Positions 9,763-18,680 of a stretch of DNA of 64,000 nucleotides are shown in pieces (position 1 is the first letter of the stretch; each line of letters begins with the position of its first letter). The translations under genes were made by a program, and so were the position numbers. The notes under the pieces were generated by a model. That model was not told the origin of the DNA. It saw only the letters and a program-made list of their open reading frames with translations, and ran no database searches. The DNA is from Candidatus Latescibacterota bacterium (GTDB taxonomy: Bacteria; Latescibacterota; UBA2968; UBA8231), in the NCBI GenBank assembly GCA_965215195.1, contig CBDCDC010000001.1, positions 800,001 through 864,000 of the forward strand, given 5' to 3'.

Positions 9763-10418
9763 CAGTTGACCACCCGTCGGATAATGGAGCTGAGCCGGTC
9801 GTAGTCGTCGCTGAGGAGCCGCGACAGCTCCTTGCCCATCTGCACTAAGTAGGACGGCGCGTGCTCGTGGGCGCGCACCGTGTGGCGCAACACCGCGATC
9901 ACCAGCTCGTCAGTGGGTATCTTAGACGTGTTGAGGATGCTGCGCAGATAGTCGTCGGTGCGGGTGAAGGCCCGCACTTGCTCGTCTGAGCACAAGTACA
10001 CAAAGCTGTGGATGCGCGCCGGCTGCGGTGGCAGGATTTGCACGGACTCGCCGCCGTCCAAATAGCCGATGACGAGGGCTTGGAATTCGGTGCGCAACAA
10101 CTCGAAAATTTGCGGCTGCTCTAGGCGCAGCTCCTCTTCGGTCTTGCCGTAGGCCGTAGGCCGGCGGTTCGGCTCAATGGAGTGCGTGAAGACGTTGAAC
10201 ACAATGCCCACCACCGGCATCTCGGCTTCCACGCGGACGAGCTGACCAAAGGAGGGTGCGCCGTGCAGCTCGCGCGCTTGGGCGATCAACTCGGTGGTGC
10301 TGCTCTCGACCACTTCGCCCACGTGGGTCCGCTCGTCCGCGACGTCGCCGGGCAGCGGCAGGGACTCGGGCAGGAAGCGGCTCAGCGGGCTGCGCTCGCG
10401 CTCTTTGATGGTCTCCAC
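9762..10418 (-). CDS. Stand-alone HAS-barrel domain protein
   Basis: VGEVVESSTTE..AQ...L..APSFGQLV, PPQPARIHSFVY. Lies between nurA and herA. Confidence 0.8.
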   Translation of the reverse strand: METIKERERSPLSRFLPESLPLPGDVADERTHVGEVVESSTTELIAQARELHGAPSFGQLVRVEAEMPVVGIVFNVFTHSIEPNRRPTAYGKTEEELRLEQPQIFELLRTEFQALVIGYLDGGESVQILPPQPARIHSFVYLCSDEQVRAFTRTDDYLRSILNTSKIPTDELVIAVLRHTVRAHEHAPSYLVQMGKELSRLLSDDYDRLSSIIRRVVN

Positions 10419-10430
10419 GGTGGGCCTCCC

Positions 10431-11666
10431 CTAAATGCCGGTGTAGCGCTTCTTGAAGCTCTTGGTTGACAAGCGAGTTTGCAGGTCGTTTTTGACAAAG
10501 GTGTCGCGCAAAAAGCGATAGAACGCCTCGCGGTCCGCACTGCGCACCACCGCGCGCTCGTGCGCCTCGGCCAAGGCGACCGGATAGCCCTCGCCCTTTT
10601 CGGCTTGGTCGCACAGACAGGCGTGGACCAAGCTGAGCAACTCGCGGTCGGCCGCCACCCATTCCGGGACTTCGACCCGGCCGATCTCGGCCCCTACGTG
10701 CAGGTAGAAGTAGTAGATGCGATGCGGCCCGTACTCGGCGAGAATTTTGGACGCGCTGCGGTAGAGCGGCGTGCGTTGCCGAGGGCCGAGCACCCGGCGC
10801 ACCAAGACCGCGTCGTTCAGCCCCTCGAGGGGGCTACACGGCAAGCCGCGGCCCTGCCACAAATCCCCTTGCAGGGCGTCGATCTCTTCGCGGCTGAAGT
10901 GGAGTTGGTTTTCTTCCTGATAGGGGCAGCGGTCGCAGTCGGCCGCGGCGAGTGGGCACAGGCCCAGCTTGAGGGCGTTGATCAATTCTTGGCTCCCCGG
11001 CTGGCTGATGTAACCAGCCACCGGCACTCGCGCCGCGCGCAACTCGTCCATCGCCGCCAAGGTGGCCTCTAGGTGCGCGGCGCGGAAGTCCTGCGGCTTG
11101 CCCTCCAAGTTCCACAGAATCAGGGTGCCGTCGGAAAGCGCGAGCGTCCGATGCCCCTCGGCGTGGGCTGCCAAGGCCAAATCGGCCAACTCGGTGAACT
11201 CCATGAGGCCGCGCTTGAAGCCCACGAGATCGCGATTGACGAAAACCCGCGCCCCGCCCCATTCCTCGTAGATTTCCTCTTCTCGGTAGTAGAGCCGCGG
11301 CTTGCTGCTCATCAGCGGCTTCTCGCCGGTGCCGTAGTGCAGCAGGATGTAGCCGATATTGATCAGAAAACAGGCCGAGATCTCGTGGCGGTCGGGGAAA
11401 ATTTGCGAGCCGTCCGTGGCGGCGATGCTGATGGTGCTCGGACGGGCGGGCGGGTCAATCCCGCCGCCTAGGCCCTCGCCCAAGCCGGGCAACAGCCAAG
11501 AGGTGCGGCTCGCGTCGATCTTGCGGGCCAAGCGCTCCCACTCGGGCAGCCAGCGCCGGTATTGGGCCAAAGCCAATTCGAGCTTGGCGCGAAAGTCCTC
11601 TTGCACGCGGCGCTCGTCGGCCACCATGCTGTCTATTTGGGTCTTTACCGAATACAGATCCAACAT
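10431..11666 (-). CDS. nurA: NurA DNA double-strand break repair nuclease
   Basis: ATDGSQI, LSDGTLI, GYPVALAEAHERAVV motifs. Start placed at MLDLYSVK. Confidence 0.88.
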   Translation of the reverse strand: MLDLYSVKTQIDSMVADERRVQEDFRAKLELALAQYRRWLPEWERLARKIDASRTSWLLPGLGEGLGGGIDPPARPSTISIAATDGSQIFPDRHEISACFLINIGYILLHYGTGEKPLMSSKPRLYYREEEIYEEWGGARVFVNRDLVGFKRGLMEFTELADLALAAHAEGHRTLALSDGTLILWNLEGKPQDFRAAHLEATLAAMDELRAARVPVAGYISQPGSQELINALKLGLCPLAAADCDRCPYQEENQLHFSREEIDALQGDLWQGRGLPCSPLEGLNDAVLVRRVLGPRQRTPLYRSASKILAEYGPHRIYYFYLHVGAEIGRVEVPEWVAADRELLSLVHACLCDQAEKGEGYPVALAEAHERAVVRSADREAFYRFLRDTFVKNDLQTRLSTKSFKKRYTGI

Positions 11667-11717
11667 GGCATTAGCCTTGCGGCCAGCCCTGGACCGGCCC
11701 CGTCGAGATGCGCGCAT

Positions 11718-12389
11718 TTATTCGGCCTCTTCCCACGTTTCGCCCCCATCAAGCGAAAAGCGCGTGTGCTGCCGCCAAGCCGCCCAGTCGCTGCCGGCGC
11801 GGGCCAAGTCCGCGGCCGCGGTCGCAGCGATGTACTGGCCCACCTCGCCGCTGCCGTCGGGCCGGTTGGTCTCGATGCGGATTTCCCCGAACTCGACGCG
11901 GCCCTGCAACAGCTCGGCCGCGCCGCGCTGCACGGCAAATGCGCGCCGCTCCCAAGCCTCGCGCTCAATGTCGCGGACGCGAAAGCGCAGCCACAGCCGG
12001 CCGATGTCCTCGTCTAGCCCAACCCCGTAGAATATCCCATCGCGGTCGTTGATCAGTTCTTTGATCCGGGGGCGTTCGTCTTGCAGCGGCGGGACCGGCT
12101 CTTCCTCCGGCACGTCGCGGTCCTCCGCGGAGACGTAGCCCTCCAAGGAGGGCCCCCAGACCCAGCCTTCGACGCGAAAGCGCACCCAGCGGCCCTCCTC
12201 GCCGATGGATTCGATCTCCGTGCCAGCCATCAGCGTACCCAGCTTGGTGCCGTTGGGCGCGGCGCGAAAGTTTTCCACGCTGGCCTCGACGACGAAGGTG
12301 TGGTCGCTGCGCAGCTTGGCCGCCACCACTCCCAAGATCAAGGCCGCGGCTAAGGCCGCTCCTAGGGAACACTTAGACAATCGAGACAT
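11718..12389 (-). CDS. Exported protein with bacterial SH3-like domain
   Basis: N-terminal hydrophobic helix, then ENFRAAPNGTKLG.L..G......EGRWVRFRVEGWVW. Confidence 0.6.
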   Translation of the reverse strand: MSRLSKCSLGAALAAALILGVVAAKLRSDHTFVVEASVENFRAAPNGTKLGTLMAGTEIESIGEEGRWVRFRVEGWVWGPSLEGYVSAEDRDVPEEEPVPPLQDERPRIKELINDRDGIFYGVGLDEDIGRLWLRFRVRDIEREAWERRAFAVQRGAAELLQGRVEFGEIRIETNRPDGSGEVGQYIAATAAADLARAGSDWAAWRQHTRFSLDGGETWEEAE

Positions 12390-12963
12390 AGTAGAATTGC
12401 CGCCCGCCGCCGGCGACCGACCCATCGCGCAGGCGGCACACCAACCCGAGGCGTTGCAGGGCGTTGAGGCGGTTGCAGACGATGTTGATGTTTTTGCCGA
12501 GCGCGTCCGAGATCGCAGCCGAGGTCGCGCACTTATGCGCTAGCAGCATGTCGAGCACCTCGCGCATCGGCGTCTTGAGCACCCCGAGCACCTCGACGTG
12601 CGCACCGTCTTTGTACAGCGCGGCCAACTCGCGGAGCTGCAACACGGCCGCGATGGTCTCGCGCACTGAGATATTGGCCCCGGTGATATAGACGTAGCGG
12701 TGCCCTATCTCGCCGCTGGTCAGGCGCAAGAGCAGCTTGTTGAGCATCTCGTCGGCGCACGAGACATCCATGAACGAAACGCCGGAAAAGTCGAGCGGCA
12801 TGGCCGAGTCGGCCGGACCGCTGAGCAGGTGCTCCATTAACTCTTCGAGCAACTCGGCCCCGCGGGGCCGGCCGCTGAGGATGCCCTGTTCGCCGGCGAA
12901 ACGGTACGCGGGGGCTTGGTGTATGGCCTGCTGCTGTACGCGCTCTTCAACGGCTGAATCCAT
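12373..12963 (-). CDS. STAS-like (DUF4325-type) domain plus C-terminal winged HTH protein
   Basis: LDFSGVSFMDVSCADE (STAS-like). ATSAAISDALGKNINIVCNRLNALQRLGLV (wHTH). Confidence 0.65.
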   Translation of the reverse strand: MDSAVEERVQQQAIHQAPAYRFAGEQGILSGRPRGAELLEELMEHLLSGPADSAMPLDFSGVSFMDVSCADEMLNKLLLRLTSGEIGHRYVYITGANISVRETIAAVLQLRELAALYKDGAHVEVLGVLKTPMREVLDMLLAHKCATSAAISDALGKNINIVCNRLNALQRLGLVCRLRDGSVAGGGRQFYYVSIV

Positions 12964-13017
12964 GAGCCGCGCCTTTCCCGTAATTAAAAAAACAGCTTAA
13001 CTGTATCCAATTAAAGA

Positions 13018-13046
13018 AACTTACGCGCAGATTTACTAGCTGTCAA
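13018..13046 (-). promoter_or_regulatory. Sigma70-type promoter for the STAS-HTH/SH3/nurA unit
   Basis: Minus strand TTGACA-N17-TAAGTT. Confidence 0.55.
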
Positions 13047-13241
13047 GCAATTTCTACCACAAAATGAGCGATGCGGAATTCGATGGATACCAATATGATG
13101 GGGCTAGACCCCCGGAAATAAAACGCTCGCGGCCACGTATGCGGCCACGGCGAGGCCGGCGATGACCACCGCTAGGGCCAACAGCAGCCACGGCTCGTGG
13201 CGCGGCGGCTTCGGCGGAGTGTGCCGCTCGCCAAACACCGG

Positions 13242-14123
13242 CTAGGGCCTCCCTTCCCGCTGATAGAGCGCGATGGCTATCTGGGTGCCAGGGAAGTGGA
13301 CGGATGCGTGTTCCCAGTGCCGCTGGCCGCGGATGTACACGCGGGTATCCCCAGAGCGGATGTGCAGCGAGCCGTTGTAGCGGCTGCATATCTGGTTGAC
13401 GATGTACAGCCCGAGCCCGCGCGTCGGATCGCAGGAAAAGTGCTTCTTCAGGGAGTTGAGTATGGCCGTGCCGTGCGACCAATCGGCCGCGTCGTAGCGC
13501 ACCGACAGGCTCTGCTTGATTCCAATTCCTAGGTCCCCCACCCCAATGACCACGTACTTTTTTCCCACCCGCGAATCCAAGTAGCGCTGGGCCGTGAGGT
13601 AGCCCCAATTCTCGCTGTGGTCGAGAATGTTGTGGCACAGCTCGGCGACGACGTTTTTGAACTGGTTGATCTCCACCTCGGTGTAGCGCAATTCCTCGGC
13701 CAAAATGGCCTCTACGCGCTGGCCGATCTTGCTCAACACAGTCTCGATATCCGCCCGCTCCTCAATCCGCGTGATTTCCAACAGGGCCTCGCTTTCTTCC
13801 TTTTCCCGCTCCTGATCCACGATGGGCGTCGGCCCGGCGAATTCGACCCCATCTACGGCCGCGGCGAACCGCACCCGCCCCAGATAGGTGCGCAATGCAA
13901 AGGCGCAGGGCAGGTGAAAGACGACCCGCGACGAGAGCGCGTCCCCGTAGCGCGCCATCAAGCACAAGGCCACCAAGCCGTAGGGGTCAATAAAGTGCAG
14001 GGTGCGCAAATCGACCTCCAAGGGCTGCCCGGGCACGGCCCCGTGCGCGTAGTCGAGAAACTCTACGAGGAATTCGTCGGCCGTGCGCGGCGTCAGCTTG
14101 TCTGTTGGCAGGGCGAGGATCAC
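13242..14123 (-). CDS. STAS-like domain plus GHKL/HATPase_c ATP-binding protein
   Basis: VDLRTLHFIDPYGLV (STAS-like). ELCHNILDHS (N box), DLGIGI (G1), RGLGLY (G2), FPGTQI. Confidence 0.75.
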   Translation of the reverse strand: MILALPTDKLTPRTADEFLVEFLDYAHGAVPGQPLEVDLRTLHFIDPYGLVALCLMARYGDALSSRVVFHLPCAFALRTYLGRVRFAAAVDGVEFAGPTPIVDQEREKEESEALLEITRIEERADIETVLSKIGQRVEAILAEELRYTEVEINQFKNVVAELCHNILDHSENWGYLTAQRYLDSRVGKKYVVIGVGDLGIGIKQSLSVRYDAADWSHGTAILNSLKKHFSCDPTRGLGLYIVNQICSRYNGSLHIRSGDTRVYIRGQRHWEHASVHFPGTQIAIALYQREGRP

Positions 14124-14198
14124 GGCTGGAGTGCGCTCCTTGCTTGGGGAAACAAAAATATACGCACTCGTCCGTACCGACGCATTGTAGGGACATCC

Positions 14199-14942
14199 CT
14201 ACGGCGGCACCGGGGCGATTTCATGCGCCACTGCAAACGCAAACGCGGCGCTCGTCACCTCCTTGGGGCGATCGAACGCATCTACCCGCAAGACCATATC
14301 CTCCACCTCGACGGTGATCGCTCGCACCTCGGCGTGCAGCGGCGCAAAAACCACCTTGCCGGTATAGTCGTCCCCCTTAAACACAAAGGTGTGCCGCCTA
14401 AACAAAGCCTCTCGCACCAAGCCCATGCGCTCCTGATAGTAGTAGTCTTCATTGCCGCCCTTGCCGCGCCGCTCCATGTAGTAGCGCTCAAAACTGTTGT
14501 CCGCGTCGCGCTTGAGCACGCCCCAGTAGCGGTACTCGCCGCCCCGGTCTGTACGCAACACCATCTTCGCCGGATCGACCATCACCTTGGGATAGATCTG
14601 GTTGACCACCGTCATTTCAAAGACGGTAAAGCGCGGTGGCGCGTAGCCCCGATCCAAGTCGCGGTCCTGTCCGTAGGTAAAGGGATTCAGATTCGGCTCG
14701 CGGAAGGTAAAACGGGCGTACTCCCGATTTAGGGCCTGATCGCTTAGGTAGCGCAGCTTGAGGCGGAACCCCGCCTGCTCAAAGACCGCGGTACTATCCT
14801 CCGAGTCGAAGTAATAGCGAGCGTCCTCCAGCAGGGCCTCCTGCGGCACCACGCGCAGCGCGTAGCGCAAGTCCGGCGGGAACCGAACGCAGCCGGCCGC
14901 CACGAGCAGCGCGAGTATGCCCCACCACCGCATAGCCATCAT
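14199..14942 (-). CDS. Uncharacterised lipoprotein
   Basis: Lipobox LVAAG-C after a hydrophobic stretch. Host-like codon usage. Confidence 0.65.
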   Translation of the reverse strand: MMAMRWWGILALLVAAGCVRFPPDLRYALRVVPQEALLEDARYYFDSEDSTAVFEQAGFRLKLRYLSDQALNREYARFTFREPNLNPFTYGQDRDLDRGYAPPRFTVFEMTVVNQIYPKVMVDPAKMVLRTDRGGEYRYWGVLKRDADNSFERYYMERRGKGGNEDYYYQERMGLVREALFRRHTFVFKGDDYTGKVVFAPLHAEVRAITVEVEDMVLRVDAFDRPKEVTSAAFAFAVAHEIAPVPP

Positions 14943-15157
14943 CCAGCCACTGCTTGCACAAGACGCCCCGACGGTTTGGGGATGGGCCGCCCCTCTTCTT
15001 GGGCCACTTCCAACCAGAAGGCCAAGGCAATTTCTGCTTCAGCGAGGGCTTCTTGATAGGTCCCTCCGTGGGCCGAACAGCCGGGCAAGTCGGGCACGAC
15101 CGCGATATAGCGGCCGTCTTCGGCACTCCAAAAAATATCGATCTCGTATTTGTGCAT
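14939..15157 (-). CDS. hicB: HicB family antitoxin
   Basis: YIAVVPDLPGCSAHGGTYQEALAEAEIA...GRPIPKP. RBS GAGGAG upstream. Confidence 0.9.
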   Translation of the reverse strand: MHKYEIDIFWSAEDGRYIAVVPDLPGCSAHGGTYQEALAEAEIALAFWLEVAQEEGRPIPKPSGRLVQAVAG

Positions 15158-15159
15158 AA

Positions 15160-15388
15160 CTACTCCTCGAGGTTGTAACGAATGAGGACTCTGATAGGCC
15201 GTAACTTTGCCTCCGCAGGGTTGCAGATTGATCTGCTCGACAACGCCAGTCTTGGTAAATATATGATGCGATCCTTTAACGCGTTTTTTGAAGCCCAAGC
15301 TTTCGAGTAGATTGCAAGTAGCTTGGAAAGGGATGTTGGCGTCCGAGTGGCCACTGAGAATGCGCTTGAGAAGGATGTGCCGGTTCAC
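15160..15388 (-). pseudogene. hicA: HicA family toxin, frameshifted near its 3' end and read through into hicB
   Basis: LESLGFKKRVKGSHHIF...INLQP...AYQ. The expected tail VLIRYNLEE* lies in a different frame and ends at 15160. Confidence 0.75.
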
Positions 15389-18300
15389 TCCGCCGCCACC
15401 TCGCCCAAGTACGTGCGGCCGATCATCGCCCGATTGCTGCGGGCAAACTCCAAGGCGCGCCATTCTTCCTCTCTTTTCTCTAAAGCTGCGATAGCCTCAT
15501 CATAGGCTATTGCGGCTAGGCGCCAGTTGTCCATCTGGTAATAGGAAACCCCGATGTTGCACCGCGCCGCCGCCTCGCTAGGGGTGTCGGGGTAGCGCAC
15601 AATCACCTCCTCCAACACCGCGATGGCCCGTACAAACTCGCCCTCGTCGTAGAGCGCCATGCCCTCGCTGTAGAGCGAGTCGGCTTCCGCATCGGCCATA
15701 TAGGCCAACAATTGGCGCGCTTGCACGGCCTCGGCCGTCTCCGGGAAGCGCTCTACCACTTGCTCGTAGAGCCGCGACGCCTTGAGAAAATGGTGGCCGT
15801 TGTAGTAGTAATCGCCGATGTGCATAAGCCCCTGATGGGCGCGTTCGTGCTGGGGATGCTCGCGCGCCAAGCGCAAAAAGAGGTCGTTCATCGGCTCAAT
15901 GCGCTCCAGCTCCAACTGACACCAAGCCGCCCCGTACAGGGCCTCGGGCGCGTCCTTGCTGTCCGGGTAGGTGTTGAACACGCGCTCGTAGGCCGCCAGC
16001 GCCCGCTCGTATTCTTCCTTCTCGTAGTATAGTTCCCCAATCAGCAACTCGGCCTCGGCCGCCTGCGGCTGATCGGGATAGGCTGCAACCAACTCCTCAA
16101 AGGCGGCCTGCGCGGCCGCCTTCTCGCCCCGCGCTTGGAGGCTGTGCCCCAAGTAGAACAGGGCGGCGGCCTGCATCGCCCGACGCGGTGCTCCCTCCAA
16201 GACCGCGCCAAACGCCCGCTCTGCGGCCTCGTAATCGCGCTCGCCCAAGGCCACGCTGCCCAGCTCAAAATGGAATTCGGCGGCCTGAGCCGGCGCCGCT
16301 ACCCGCGCCAGCCCTTCTTCCAAGACCGCCCGCGCCCCAGCCAAGCTGTCTTGAGCGACCAAGGCCCGGCCCAACAGGAGCCACGCACGCTCCTCGTGCG
16401 CCAGCAAGGGCCGAACTTGGGCCGCGGCCTGCGCGGCCTCCCCCTGATCCAAATACCACTGCCCCAGCCCCAACAAGCCCTCGACGCGGGTGGCTTCGTT
16501 TGCAACCATCGCCCGATAGACCCCTTCCATGCGCTGGCTATCCTTCAAGGTCTGGGCACACGCACTCATCGCCTGCAACAGAGAGCGCCGCTGGTCGCCG
16601 GCCAAAACGCCCGCCTGCCAAGCCGCCTCCCAGGCCTCCCACGCGGCCTCGTACTGCTCGGTCTTGTACAAGCTCCAGCCCAACCCCACCTGCGCGGCCG
16701 CGGCCGTAGCCCCCTCCAACTGCGGCAGGGCCTCGCGCAACAACGGCAGGGCCCGTTCGTGCTCGCCGCGCTTCTGGTGCAACAGCCCCAACTGCGCGGT
16801 AAGCTCGGCATTCGGCGTCTGCGCTATCTGCCGCGCAATCAGGGCTATCGCCTCATCGGCTTTTCCCTCCTCGACGTATAGTTGCGCCAGTTCCAACTGG
16901 GCATGCGTGTACTGAGGCTGGGTCGGGGCCATGGACTCCAGCACCCGGCGCGCTTTTGCGCTGCGCCCGGCCTGCCGGTAGCGACGGCCCAACACCAGCG
17001 CGGCCAACCCGCGCACGTCCCCGTCGCTACATTGGGCCAAAATCTGTTCGTAGAGCGCGTCGCTCTGCTCGTGGCGCAGGCGGGCGATCTGCAACAGGGC
17101 GCGGCAGGCCAGCTCCGGAGCGGCCTCCCCGACCACGACCTGCTCAAACTGCGCCACGGCCGCGGCCGAATCGCCGAGAGCCTGATGGATCGTCCCCTGC
17201 CAAAACAGGGCCTCCGCTGCCAAGTACGTTCCCACTTCGCCGTACAGGGCCAGCGCCTCGGCAAACCACACGTCGGCACTGTCGGCGACCGCACTCTCCT
17301 CCCCCATCAGCCGCAGACACTCGGCTTGGCGGAACACAGCCTCGTCAATGGAAACCCCGGCCGCGTCGGCAAACGCACGGTACGCCGTCAGGTAGAGCCG
17401 ATGCGCCGCCAGCGCTTCCTCGTAGCGGCCCTCGTCAAACAGCAAGCTCATCAACCCGGCCTGCATCCGCGCCCGGAACGCCGGCCGCTCGGCCTGCTCG
17501 GCCGCATAGCGATACACCTCCAAGCTGGCATCCACCCCGTGCGCCGCCTCGGCCAACAGCGCCTGCCGCACCCAGGCCTGCTCGGCCAAGTGCGGCTCCT
17601 GCGGAAAGTCCCGGCTGACCTTTTTGTACGCGGCCAGCGCCTCTTCATAGCGGCCCAGCGCCTTGAGCATATCCCCGCGCTTGATATGGGCTTGGGCCGC
17701 CAGCGTCCGCCGCGACTGCCCTTCGCGCAATCCGGCCAAGGCCACGGCCCGCTTCTCCGCGTCGTCCATGCCGGCCGGGTCGTAGGTAGCGGCTAACTCC
17801 CCAAACGCCGTTAGTGCTTCCTCATAGTGCCCCAACGCTTCGAGTGCCAACCCCACCTGCAATCGCGCCCGATCCGCCCGAATTCCCGCGGGCGCGTCCT
17901 GCACATACCCCCGAAAGGCCGCCACCGCCTGCGCGTATTCCTCCTGATAAAACCACGCCCACCCCAGCGTATAGCGCGTCCGCTCGGCATAGCGCCCCGT
18001 GGGAAACAGGCGCAACAACACCTGACCGGCCGCGGCCGCCTGCGCGTACTCCGCGGCCTCAAAAAAGCACTCCACCACGAGGTAGGCCGCAGTCTCGCGC
18101 AGTTCAAAGCCGGCCTCGTCGCGCAGCGCGGCGAACCGGTCGGCGGCCGCCCGCAAGGACGCCGTAGCTAGCGCGGATAGCGAGTCTGCCGCGGCCGAAT
18201 CGGCCAACGCCGCCTCCTGCCGCCACAACTGCGCCTGCTTGCGGCCCATGTTGGCCAACTGGTAGCGCGCGGCCGCTTGCACCCCCACTGCGTGCTCATC

Positions 18301-18507
18301 CACCACCACGCGCACCTGCGAGGCGCGCATCAGCGCTCCATCCGACACGGCCAACACGCCCTCGTATATCCGCTGTGCGCCGGCAAAATCGCCGGTGGCC
18401 AGCAGCTTTTGCGCCCGCGCAAAGCGCTTGCCCAAATCCTCTGGATTGGTCACGAACTGGCTGCCAGCGACTAAGCCGGCCAGCACCAAGGGAAGCCAAA
18501 AAGCCAT
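15385..18507 (-). CDS. Large exported TPR protein (BamD/CpoB-like repeats)
   Basis: Signal peptide, 1040 aa of TPR repeats with YP.S..A.EAL motifs. Confidence 0.85.
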   Translation of the reverse strand: MAFWLPLVLAGLVAGSQFVTNPEDLGKRFARAQKLLATGDFAGAQRIYEGVLAVSDGALMRASQVRVVVDEHAVGVQAAARYQLANMGRKQAQLWRQEAALADSAAADSLSALATASLRAAADRFAALRDEAGFELRETAAYLVVECFFEAAEYAQAAAAGQVLLRLFPTGRYAERTRYTLGWAWFYQEEYAQAVAAFRGYVQDAPAGIRADRARLQVGLALEALGHYEEALTAFGELAATYDPAGMDDAEKRAVALAGLREGQSRRTLAAQAHIKRGDMLKALGRYEEALAAYKKVSRDFPQEPHLAEQAWVRQALLAEAAHGVDASLEVYRYAAEQAERPAFRARMQAGLMSLLFDEGRYEEALAAHRLYLTAYRAFADAAGVSIDEAVFRQAECLRLMGEESAVADSADVWFAEALALYGEVGTYLAAEALFWQGTIHQALGDSAAAVAQFEQVVVGEAAPELACRALLQIARLRHEQSDALYEQILAQCSDGDVRGLAALVLGRRYRQAGRSAKARRVLESMAPTQPQYTHAQLELAQLYVEEGKADEAIALIARQIAQTPNAELTAQLGLLHQKRGEHERALPLLREALPQLEGATAAAAQVGLGWSLYKTEQYEAAWEAWEAAWQAGVLAGDQRRSLLQAMSACAQTLKDSQRMEGVYRAMVANEATRVEGLLGLGQWYLDQGEAAQAAAQVRPLLAHEERAWLLLGRALVAQDSLAGARAVLEEGLARVAAPAQAAEFHFELGSVALGERDYEAAERAFGAVLEGAPRRAMQAAALFYLGHSLQARGEKAAAQAAFEELVAAYPDQPQAAEAELLIGELYYEKEEYERALAAYERVFNTYPDSKDAPEALYGAAWCQLELERIEPMNDLFLRLAREHPQHERAHQGLMHIGDYYYNGHHFLKASRLYEQVVERFPETAEAVQARQLLAYMADAEADSLYSEGMALYDEGEFVRAIAVLEEVIVRYPDTPSEAAARCNIGVSYYQMDNWRLAAIAYDEAIAALEKREEEWRALEFARSNRAMIGRTYLGEVAAE

Positions 18508-18626
18508 TAGCGATCACACTCCTGTGGGGGAGGGTTGAGGCTGGACCTTTGGTCCGCCCTTACAGAACAAATCCTCCCCTACTTGCCAATTTTTGGTGTT
18601 CTGAATAGAGGTACGGATGGTATTCA

Positions 18627-18679
18627 GAAGCGGTCTGAAAATTCCGGGTATCGTCCCTTGTGTGCAGCAAACAATCGAG
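18627..18679. repeat. Right-end fragment of the GAAGCGGTCT-TIR MITE family, lacking the nested insert
   Basis: Its reverse complement (CTCGATTGTTTGCTGCACACAAGGGACGATACCCGGAATTTTCAGACCGCTTC) aligns to 57249-57264 joined to 57407-57443. Confidence 0.8.
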
Positions 18680-18680
18680 A

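Noticed and set aside
8077-11666. HerA as an anti-phage Sir2-HerA or DUF4297-HerA system
   Set aside because: The partners are NurA and a HAS barrel with host-like GC, which fits the DNA repair module.
14939-15463. 174-aa ORF as annotated in the track
   Set aside because: The first 25 codons overlap the TPR gene. The real HicA start is the GTG at 15388.
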